64,000 nt of DNA, taken from Blastocystis sp. Blastoise. Taxonomy: Eukaryota; Protista; Bigyra: Opalinata. Shown here piece after piece: positions 48,601-64,000 of the stretch (position 1 is the stretch's first letter; each line of letters starts with the position of its first letter). The notes beneath the pieces are model-generated. The model saw only the letters and a program-made list of their open reading frames with translations. It had not been told where the DNA came from and ran no database searches. The DNA lies in the NCBI GenBank assembly GCA_039096225.1, contig JBBPEB010000021.1, positions 992,001 through 1,056,000 of the forward strand, given 5' to 3'. The translations under genes were made by a program, and so were the position numbers.

Positions 48601-51600
48601 GTTTACCACGATGTATTTCTACAGCTATAGTATTATTTCCTATATTTATAGATACAGGACTTAATTGTAAATGAATACTTCCACCTACTGTTTCAGGTAA
48701 ATAAGGATCAAATATTGATATTGTATTACGAGTTATAGATATATTTTCTAATCCATATCGAAATGCTTCTTTTCCATTTATATATAATATACAACCACCT
48801 CTTAATGTTATTGTATAGGAGAGAACAGCTATATTCTGTAATGTAGTAAAATAATAATTCATACGATAATATTGAGTTATACCTTGAGGTGGGGACATAT
48901 TCAATATAGTTCCTGTCTTCCATCCTATTGGCTGATAATCTATCTTCATCCAATCAGATGGAAGAGGAGTATCACTTAAAGTATCATAATAAGTCCATTG
49001 TATTTCAGAAGATAATAAAACACTATAAATAGAAAAATAATATTCTTTTTTATATTCTGAAGGAGATAGAGTTCCAGTAAATACAATAGTACCATCTTTT
49101 AATAGTATAGAAATAGAAGAAGAAAGCCAGCCATAATCATTTTGTGTAATTAACGTAATAGAATAATCAAATGTTTTTCGACAATAAGAAACTATATTAT
49201 CAGCTATTTTAGTATATTGAGTATAATTACCAATAATTTCTTTTGTTTCTCTATCTTGAATATAATAAGAAAATGAATTATAAGTATCATCCCAAGATGG
49301 AGAAAACACAGATTTAAATAATATATTTGGAGATATACATGTATATATTTGTATAGTTAATGTAGTATTCTTATATTCATTTCGAATATTTCTTCCTTGT
49401 ATAATAATAGTAGTATTTTCTGTAGTTTCTAAAGGTATACCTACAATAATACCTGTATAGGTATCTAAAGATAATCCTTTTGGTAATGTTCCTTCTATAA
49501 TACTGAATGATATATAATAATCATTAGGATAAGAAGTAGATATATCTATTCCTATATATCCAATAATAGGATTTAGAGAATATGTTAATTCAGGAATAAG
49601 AATAGAATTCTCATTATATATATAAAATTCTAATTGATTCATTTGAGCATTAAAATGATTATCTTCTTTAGGTTTATATACATATAATAAATAAATAGGA
49701 TACGATTGTATATGAGGATATGTATAGAAACATCGTCTACCAATAGAAATACTCCATTGAATATCTTCTTGAGTATCTAATAACATACAATGTAATCGCT
49801 CATAATCGCAACCATAGAATGACCATGATTCAATACCATCTTCAGGATGTATTAAATTAATTGCAATACAATATCTATTAATATATTCAAATCGATATTT
49901 AGATTCATAAAAAAGAGAAATTAATCGTGGTTTTTCAACTTGTGTTTTATAAGACATACTGAATATTGAATAATAATTCAAATCAAATAAAGCAGAAACA
50001 TAATTATAGATCTCTGTACTATTAATAGAACCAAATATATTCCATATTCTAGGATATATAGCACTAGATGATAAATAATGTATACTTAATTCTACATTAT
50101 TTGTATAAGGTAATTTTGTTGTTCTACTATATAGTGTAGCAAAAGCAATAGTATTAATACCATTATGAAAATAATTCATCGATAAAGAAATAGTTCTAAT
50201 TGTAACACTAGTATTATTATTAGAAGGCATAGTATTATCAGTAATAGGAATAGAAGTATCATTAAGATCTGTTTTATAAGCTATTTGTTCATTTATATAT
50301 AATAATACACTATTAGGACCTTTCAATATGATTTCCATACCTTGATATTTATTAGTATCATCAATAGTAATTGTAGTACGATAATAACGATTATAACTAT
50401 TATATTTCAATCGAGAAGACGTATTTAAACATGAAAACCATGTATTTGTTATAGGAGAAGAAGAAGAAGTAAAATAATCATTTGTATACCAAGTAGAATC
50501 TATGAATGTATCATTATCTAATTTACAGAGAACAGAAGAATCACGGTTATTTAATACATAATCTAACACAATAGGTGCTTTTATTGAATATCCACTATGT
50601 AGACTACCATAGAAAACAGTATTAGAATAAATATCATCTCTTAAAGAGACTTTTAAATTAGAAGAACTAAACCAAGAAGTTGATCCTATAGATGATAATG
50701 CTAATGTATATATACCTCTAGGTAAACATAAGGTTTTATAATATGCAGAAGAAGAAATAGCATGATCTAAATATATAGTAGTATCATTCATATTAATTAA
50801 TTCTATATATTCATATTCATAAGAAGCAGCATGTGAATTCTTTATTAAATCAACAGTAACATATTTATCATTACTACATACTAAGATATCTACATGAAAT
50901 GTAATAGTAATAGTTTTCTCATATAAATAGCTATACACTTCTATAATAAAATCATCACTAAAAGTAACTGTAGGATATCCACTAATAGTTCCTGAAATAG
51001 AATCTAGTGTCAATCCTTTAGGAAGAGAAGAAGGAGATTTCATTCTATAATTGGATACACCAGAATGAAGAGGAGATATACTCACTTTCTCTATACTAAT
51101 AAACCAAGTAAATGAATCAGAACCATAAGAATATTCTTGTAGAATCTCTTTATTACTTGCATAGAAATTGATATTAAATACAGATACATAAGTAGAGGTT
51201 TGATAGGTTTCTGTAAATGTAATATTGATAATATTAAATAAATGTATATTGGATAAGAAATAAAATGTTTGTAAATCATTGATATTCGTAAACATTAAAT
51301 TACTATAGAAAGCAATAGGTTCCCAAGTAGTGCCATTGTCATTAGATCCAGAAATAAAGAAGGATTTAGGAAGAGATTTATAATCAGAAACATCACAACC
51401 CATGTCTATTGTATTAATCCATTCTTTACGTTGATTTGGGAATGTATATAATAAGGAAGCACGTTCATTGATCATTAATCCTGACCATTTCGTTGTATAT
51501 AAACCATCAAATGCATTATCAGCTATTTCATTTTCTTTATATAGAGGAGTAGAAGTAGATGTACCATTAAAATTACGTTGAATTTCATCTCCAGATAGAA

Positions 51601-53052
51601 ATAATAATGTAGCTTCAAATTCATCATTAGTAATAGGTACATTTTTTGCTTGATGAACTTCAATAGCTATAATAATATCTGTAGAATTACCAATAAAGTA
51701 ATTATAATTGGCTGAATAAGATTTTAAGATATATACTGGATCTGATTGAATTGCATAATCTTGAGGAGATAGATCCGTATTTTGAACATAATGATAAGTT
51801 AATAATTTTGAATTTATATAGATAATAATACCTTCTTTTGATTTAATGGATAATTCTAATAACGTAATGCCAGAAATATCTTTATTGATTCGAATAGTAC
51901 GTCTATAGTAACGAGTAATAGAAGAAGGAGTAGGAAATCGACCACTATAATAATAATTCCAATTTGAATCATCATAAGAATAATAAATCCATTCTTTATA
52001 AGGAATAGGAGTAGATGTATATCTCCAAGGGCTACTAGTATCCAATATGTAATATGCTATATATAGATATAGAGTAAGATTATTAATATATTCATTGTAT
52101 ACTAATAATTGTATTAATAAGATTTAAAAAAAAATAATTTAATAAATTAATTAATTATTAAAATTATGGATAGAATAAATATAAATATAAATAATATTAT
52201 AAATAATAATAAATATAAATAATATAATAAATATAAATAATTTAATAAATTAATTAATTATTAAAATTATGGATAGAATAAATATAAATAATATAATAAA
52301 TAATAATAAATATAAATAATATAAATAAATATAAATAAATATAAATAATATAAATAAATATAATAAATATAATAAATATAATAAATATAATAAATATAAT
52401 AAATATAATAAATATAAATAAATATAAATAATTACGATAAAAAAAGAAATCTCCATAAGATCCAGTTTTAAGTCTATATCGACTTAATATAGCTTGATGA
52501 AGAGAAAGAACTACATAAGAGCCAGTATACCATCCTTCACCTGAACTATAAAATTATATATATATACATATATTTATTGGTCAAAAAAAAACAACTAATA
52601 TTTGATACAAAAAAAATATATATATTGATAATGAATTCATAAGATTAGTGTACTTAATCAAAAATATATAAATATAACATAATTCAAACAAAATAAAGTG
52701 ATATTATAGTAAGCATTAATATATATTTTTTAAAAAATACGTGGAAATAGCTACAAAAGTATGAAGTGTAGGATGAAGACACATGTCGGAATAAATTATC
52801 ATATTCTGTTGATTAGTCATACCTATAACATCATAAATAAGAGTACCTGTGCCACGAGTCCCTTGATAAATAGATATTCTTTCTCTTTCTGGAAAGATTG
52901 TATATATTCTTTCTATTTTTATTTCTACCATACCATCAGAGCATTCTCCAGTAACTATAAATAGATAATTTTAAAAAACTATGACTTAGCAATATACCCT
53001 GTCGAAACTCGTATAAAAGTATCAAAAGAAATACTGTAATGTAGTGAAGCAT
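45629..53052 (-). CDS. Giant type I membrane surface protein (about 2270 aa) with galactose-binding/F5-8-like, He_PIG and HRM-like repeats, 4 exons
   Basis: Signal peptide MLHYITVFLLILLY at 53052. Three GT-AG introns lead in frame into the 2138-aa ORF. Six LPxGLxL..tGxIxGxP motifs, five Cys/Trp HRM-like modules, one C-terminal TM. Confidence 0.88.
52144..52290. repeat. Intronic direct duplication of AAATTAATTAATTATTAAAATTATGGATAGAATAAATATAAAT
   Basis: About 43-nt block present twice, about 103 nt apart. Confidence 0.8.
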
Positions 53053-53809
53053 TTAAACTTAATAGACACCAATTTCTATATGAAGCTTAAACAAATGAGA
53101 ATGTGTGCTTCTCTAGTTTGGAGAAAAATATATTTCTATGGGATTTTTCAAAAGTAATAATAAAAAAGAAAATATTCTCATGAAAATAATTTTTAAGAAA
53201 TTTGTTTGGTTGTTTTTAAGAATGAAAGAAAAAAGAGAATGATTCTTGTTATTAACTGAATACGTTTTTAAGCATACTATTCTTCTCAATATTACTTTTT
53301 TTAATAAGAAAGAATATATTCGTGAGTATTAGAATCTATGTGAATTATTAAAAACATACTTTAAAAAGGTTAAAATATATATACTTTTTCATATATTTCA
53401 AATGATCATAATTCTTCTTTTTCTTGACCGAGAACAATATTTTTATAAATACTATGGAAATGGACTAGTCTTTCAAATAAACATATATATAAATATATAG
53501 TTTCACATGGAAATAATGTTGATAATGTAGTTAATAATGCAAATTTTAAAGAAATACATGTGAATAAAGCTATAAACACGTATTATTTAAAAAAAAATAT
53601 GTCAAATAGGTTAAATAATAAACTATAACATATTCCGAATAAAGAGTGATTTTTCTTTATTTGTTTACAAATGTGTTTATTGATCTTTAGAATGTTCTTT
53701 TTCAAATTCATTTGTATACAAAGAAACAGAAATAATTCCCAAAAAGAAAATTATTTCTTTTTTTTCATTCTAATTTTAAAAAAAAATAATTGATAGATTG
53801 TAAAATAGT

Positions 53810-55645
53810 ATGTTTGAATATATCCAAAAGATTCTTGATGATCCCACTACTGTATCTGATGCTTATAAATCTGTTATGGATGGTATAATTGAGTTGGATG
53901 AATACCTGTCAAAGCATCCTTATGATACACAAATATTAAAGATGAAATATGATTGTTGTATTATGGTTCGTCGTTATATTGTTGCTCGTGATACAGCTAA
54001 GACTCTTGTTGCTATTTCTGGTGATAATTCTGAGTATCACTATATGTATGGTCATGCATATATGTATTTAGGTGATTATGAAAATGCTCAATCTATATTA
54101 CAGAAAGGTGCTCATTTAGATCCTGATAATCAATTAATTGTATCTACTTTTAAAACATGTAAGAAACTGAATGAAATGAAGAAGAATGCTAACACTGTGT
54201 TTGCCAATAAACTCTATGAAGAAGCTATTCAATTATATACAAATTTAATAGAGTATAATGGAACACTTTCGTATGATTATTCTTCTGTTGCTTATTCAAA
54301 CAGAGCTGCGTGCTATTCTAATATGAATAAGTATATAAGTGATTATTATTATTTATTTAATATTTGTTTGATCGTTTTAAATATATATTATTATATATTA
54401 TGATAAATCATTATATATTATTATATATTATTATATATTATTATATATTATTATATATTATTATATATTATTATATATTATTATATAGATATGAAGAAGC
54501 ATTAAATGACTGCAATATGGCACTTGATATCTATCCATATTTTACAAAGGTTTATTTAAGTATCCAATTATTATAATATATATATTTTTTATTAATATAT
54601 TCTTTTTATTAATATATTCTTTTTATTATATATATTTTTAATTATAATCATATTTACTATAATAATATTAATTCTTATCATTATATTATTATTAACATAA
54701 TATATATTCTATAGGAAAAGCTAGATGTATGGTAAAGTTGAATCAAACAGGAGCTTCTACTATGTATATGTATTATATATATCTTGGAGGAAATATACAT
54801 GATATTATGAATGAATATATAAATGTATTAAAATCAGAAAATATATATACTCCTAATGTATGTATTATATATTTTAGTATTTTATTATTAAATTATATTA
54901 TATTTATATATACTATTCATAAAATAATTTATTTCAAAATCATTTCTATTCATTTTTATAATCTATTATCATAATAAATATTCTTATTATATATATATAT
55001 ATGTAACTCATGTGAATTCTCTTTCTGAATTAAATCGATTTTTACGTCTTCATAAACGTGATTTAGTTATTCTAGACGTCTTTGCTTCGTGGTGTGGACC
55101 ATGCAAAGTATATATATATATGTTTCTAGTTTTTTCTATTTTTCCAATTTTTTTTTATTTATTTATTTTTTTTAATATTTATATTTATTTTATAATATAT
55201 TTTTTATATACTTTTCTATATTCTATTGATTTATTATATATATATATATATAGCAACTAGCTCCCGTTTTAGAAGAAATGTCTTGTTATTATAAGAATAT
55301 ATATATAGTAAAGGTAGATGGAGATCAGAATAGAGATATAGCTATGAAATATAAAATAGAGGCTTTTCCTACTCTTCTCTTCTTTATTAATGATACTCAA
55401 GTATATATATTATTTTTTATTGCATATTTTTTTTATAATTTTATTTTTTTTTATAATTTTATTTTTTATTGTATTTTATTATATATATTTTTTTTATAAT
55501 AATATTTTTTTTATTACAATGTATGCCTATTATGTTTATTATACAGGTAGATGTTGTCCAAGGTGCAGATATTAATCGTATAACACAAAATATTGATACT
55601 TATGGATATAAACATATTGATATTCTCCCTTCATCTGCTTATTAA
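53810..55645 (+). CDS. TPR-repeat plus thioredoxin fusion protein, 6 exons
   Basis: TPR motifs (KKNANTVF..LYEEAIQLYT, YSNRAACY, YEEALNDCNMAL). C-terminal DVFASWCGPCK..VKVDGD..IEAFPTLLFF..VQGAD. Confidence 0.88.
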
Positions 55646-56162
55646 TATACTTTATATATATAACTATTTTTATTTTTTGTAAACTATTCTTTTGTGTCTT
55701 TAAATTGTATTATTGCTTAATATTCTTATTAGGATCGCTTTGTATAATACATTATTTTTTATTTTGTTATTTTAAATATAGAAAAAAACTACTAATGCAA
55801 ACAAATAGATAACTTGTAACTAAAGTAAAATAAAAACACATATATAATACAGAAAAAGAAACTACAAGTAAATAAAGCTATAATAGTATTAGTATTTGTT
55901 TATACTTTTTTGAATTCGTTAATGAAGATTGTATTAGTATATAAAATAAGACAAATAAAAAATATAATAAGATAAATAAAAAATATAATAAAAAAACAAA
56001 AATTATAATAAAATAAATAAAAATTATAATAAAATAAATAAAATTTTTAAAATATGATAAATAAAAATTAATATAAATTTTTAAAATATGAAAAATTAAA
56101 ATAAATATAAAATAATCAAATAAAAATAAAAACAAATTAACTAAATAAATAAAATAAATAGA

Positions 56163-57674
56163 TTATAATGAAGGATGAGTATATACTTCAAATTCATGTA
56201 CACAAAATTTATTATTTTTATCATTTTTATCTGTATCTGTAAATAAAGAAGTTCTATATTCTTTGTTTGTTTCATAAACCGAATCATATTGAAATCCATT
56301 AGCATCAATATAACTTGATTCATTCTTATTACAATCTTTTGATATGGATATACCCCAAGTGAAACTAGGGAAATCACGATAACTCAGTTTTACAGACATA
56401 TATCCCTTCTTACGATGATGAAATAAGGTAGGAACAGTATCATGAGGGTTCTTTAACGTAAATAAACAAGCATCAGGATCATGTATATAACAATCTATAA
56501 TGTATATACTTATAGTTATATATATATATATTTGAAATATTCATATACTATAACTAATAAAAATGTTCATATTTTATATATATACATATACTAATATCAT
56601 AATATAAATATATATATAAATATAATTATATATATATACAATCATATCGTTTTGAAGTAGCTTTATTAATATCCCATCCCATTTTAGTATACCCTCCAAA
56701 AATACATTCTTTTCCTTTAACAGTAATATACTTTATAAACACAATCGTAGGACCTTTTCCCTCACAATTCTTATGAAGACATTTAGGATCAAAATCACAA
56801 GTAGATCCTCTATATATAATATATAATATATATATTATTATTATTATTATTTTTAATATTATTATTCATATTTTGGAACTTAAATTTAAAAAAGATATAT
56901 AGAATAATTACTTATACATATATATTTAAGATTAAATATGAATATAATAAACTTATAATCCTAATGATTATATTTATAAAAAAAAAATATATATATATAT
57001 ATATACCTATAAGAACATTCCCAAGATTGACCATCATAAAACCATCCTAATACAGTTTCTATTATTGAGTCGTATTTACCAATACATGTACTATCTTGAA
57101 ACATAGCTATCTGATTCTTGATTCTTATATTTTTCACAGGATTATAATCACATTCAATAAATAATTCATCTAATTGTTTTTCATTACTAACTACAGTCTT
57201 CTTAGTTTCTGTTATTTTATTTGATATGACATCAGATTTATTCTGTGCTTTATAAATATCATTTGTATTGTTTAACAAATCCTGTTTCAATTCATTTATT
57301 GTACTGATTACCGTGTGAATATCATATTCAAATTGACTTTTCGATTCAATCGTTTGATTTATCATCTCCTCATAATCTTGAGGCACAGGAACATTGTAAT
57401 AATACATATCAGACAAGAATTCACGAAGCGTATGATCATTCATTGAAGTCAAAATAGGCTGATCTCCTTTGACAACTCTTAATGCGTTCAATAGATGTCT
57501 TTCTGTATAATTTGTATTAATAACATTTGTACCATTATCTTTTTGATCAAGGTAATTTTTATAGAACAAGGATTCAGGATATTTAGCTATATCAGAAAGA
57601 AGTATGGATATTTGTAAGGTTTGCTCTTTTCCACAAAAAGTTACTGTTTGATGAACATCCATTTCACTTTCCAT
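56163..57674 (-). CDS. BTB/POZ-like, coiled-coil and TLDc domain protein, 3 exons
   Basis: IAKYPESLFY (KCTD-like BTB). YRGSTCDF..LHKNCEGKGPTI, IFGGYT, FTLKNPH, FCVHEFEVY (TLDc). Confidence 0.88.
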
Positions 57675-58103
57675 CTACGTTTTACAGAGATCTACATATA
57701 TATGAATATATATTATATTGACATGTAGAATACCTATTTTTTAATGAAAAAAATATTGATACTCTAAGAAAAACGAATAAAAAAATTCAAATGATAAGAA
57801 AGAACAATTCGTCATTATTTTTTGAATGTGTTTTTTTATTATTCAATGTAACAAAATGTAATATTTTTTAAAATATTTTTTTTGTTAATTAAAAGTATAT
57901 TGAATGTTAGTAGAATATAAAAAAATAACACTACAAAAAATAAGTAAACAAAATGTATTCTTTTTTGGTAAAAGAAACGAATATAGATTTAGAAACGCAG
58001 ATCTATATTTAAAAAGATGAAGATGATAAGGAATGACAAATAATAATGTAAAAAATGGATTGACAACAATAAATAGTGTTTAATTATGTAAATTATCATG
58101 TTT

Positions 58104-61705
<3,602 letters not shown>

Positions 61706-62227
61706 AATCAGTAATTAATTGCTATAAAAATGAATAAAATATTGTTTCGCGGCTTTCCTTTTTGGTTCCTTGAAATAATCATAAATAATTTAGGACTAGT
61801 AAAAAATTGTTTGTTTTCATTGTATTATGAACCATTTTGATAAAGGAATACATTTAGTATAGTCTACAGAAGTATGTTGTATAAAATAGTGACAAATTTT
61901 AAAGTGAAAAGTAAATTTCAATTCATTTTTTTAAAACGACTTAGTTATTGTAAGATATATATATATATATATATAATTATTATTTAATGAATAAATATTT
62001 TTTTATATAAAATAAAAGAATAAAAAAGAATTATAGTGAAAGAGTAGTTCATCATTTTAATTGGAAAGAAAAGCTAAAGAAATTAGTTCATCCAATAAAA
62101 AGAGCTATCTTGATATAATAATAATGGTTCATTCCAAAAGAAAAATCTTGTTCCTTTTTATACATGCTTATTTTTTTTCTTTTAATAAAGATTATTTCAT
62201 CTATATATATAAAAAAATCTTATTAGA

Positions 62228-63283
62228 ATGTTTGATAAATATTTTTCTGAGAGATGTAAGGCAATATCAACTGTTATTGGTTGTGTCTTAATTCACCTCA
62301 TCTTGGGTACATTATATACTTGTGCAAATATTAATCCTTATTTTATTTCTTATGTCTATAATGAGACTGGAGAGTATTATAATGTTGCTACAGCTTCTTG
62401 GTTGTTCTCTCTCTCTTACATTGGTCTTACTGCATTTATGCCTATTGGTGGATTATTAGATAATTGGTTAGGTGCTACTTGGACATTATTATTAGGAAGC
62501 TTCTGTATTTTTATTGCTGTCTTTGCAACTTATTATACTTTAAAATATTATGTTGCTATTCTTCTTTTATGGGGATTATTATTTGGATTTGGTTGTAGTC
62601 TTTGCTATTCTACTTGTATTAATGCAAGTATATATATATATTTTATATAAGTAACTATGATTATATGTATAAATTATTATAAGTGATGTTATATTTTTTT
62701 TATTATATATAGTGTGTATATAATAATAACAATATAATAATAATAATATATATAATATATATAATATATATATAATATATATATAATATATATATAATAT
62801 AATAATAATATAATAATAATAATATATTTATAGGTCTTCGTTGGTATCCTAAGAAGAGTGGTTTAATAAGTGGTATTATTGTTATGGGATATGGTTGTGG
62901 TGCTCTTCTCTTTAATAATGTTCAAACACTTCTTATTAATCCTAATAATATTGCTGCTGTATTCAATGAAACAATTGATGTATATATATATACATATAAA
63001 TTTTTTTTATATATCCTTATTTATAGTATATATTTATTTATAAACATTTATAATAAAATCATATTTTAATAAAAATCTTATAAATAAAATTATTTCTATA
63101 CTAATTATGATTATATATATATATAGGCTAGAATTTATCCAATAGAAGTGACAAATAACGTTCCTACTTTAGTTTTAGTTTCTTCTATTTCTTATGGTAT
63201 ACTATTACTTATAGGAGTTATAATGATATTTAAACCTCAAGAACAAAAGAAAGAAGAACAAACAGAACAAGAAGTTCTTATTC

Positions 63284-63331
<48 letters not shown>

Positions 63332-64000
63332 AATTGGGAAATTATTATTTTTTAAAAATATTTATATATTTATTATAATGTTTATTTATTCTTATTCTAT
63401 ATATATATATATATATAGAGCCTGTAAAAGGTTTAACTCCCATAAAAGCATTAAGTACAATGAAATTCTGGGAGATATGGTGTACTTTCTTTATAGTTGC
63501 TCAAGTAGTTCTTTTTATATCTTCTTATTATAAGGTAATTAATAGTTTTTTATTAATTTATATTATTCTATTTATTATTAATTCACTTATTATATGTATA
63601 TAATAATTATAAAATATAGTTTATTGCTATGTCATTCATTACTGATGATCAATTTATGGCTCTTATTGGTTCTATTTCATCTCTATTTAATGGATTCTCT
63701 AGACCTCTTTGGGGTTATATGGTATATTATATACATCTTTTTAATATTTATTATATGTATATATAGATTAATTATAGTTATATATTTAAATATTTATTAT
63801 ATATATAAATATTTATTATATATTCTATATATCTACTATTTATTCACTTATAGTATAAAAACTACTCTTATTATATCAATTTTATTCTATAGAGTGATCG
63901 ATTCGGATATAAGATTACTATGTCTATAATATGTTCTATTCTTGGCTTATTTATTGGTACCGTTACTCTTGTTCCTAGTTTAGGACAATATGTATTCCTT
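62228..64000 (+). CDS. MFS transporter, oxalate/formate antiporter (OxlT/MCT)-like; runs off the window
   Basis: HLILGTLY, GLLFGFG.SLCY, WYPKKSGLISGIIVMGYGCGALLF, FNGFSRPLWGYMSDRFG. Confidence 0.88.

Noticed and set aside
54560-54714. Possible U12 GT-AG intron (donor GTATCCAA)
   Set aside because: Lacks the TT at +7/+8 and has no convincing CCTTAAY branch site; probably U2-type.

Overview
Gene-dense, very AT-rich (roughly 20% GC by eye), intron-rich eukaryotic nuclear DNA using the standard code. The gene content (GT49 and GT23 glycosyltransferases, a giant He_PIG/F5-8/HRM surface protein, BTB-TLDc paralogues, a bacterial-like GNAT) suggests an AT-rich Blastocystis-like stramenopile. That taxonomic call is inference. 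I spliced gene models by hand: one tRNA-Lys(CTT) and 20 protein genes, including a tubby-domain gene absent from the ORF track. Most short ORFs in the track are intron or microsatellite artefacts. The most unusual signal is splicing. There is one clean U12-type AT-AC intron in a 3R-Myb gene. Two or three introns have no AG at the acceptor required by protein conservation (GT-GG and possibly GT-AA in CK2, GT-AT in TPR-thioredoxin). Many introns are bracketed by self-complementary (AT)n arms instead of a polypyrimidine tract, which could indicate structure-guided splicing. Also notable: a decaying, truncated NOG1 copy next to DDX24 and UTP10, a DDX24 with two extra zinc fingers, and a likely laterally acquired intronless acetyltransferase.
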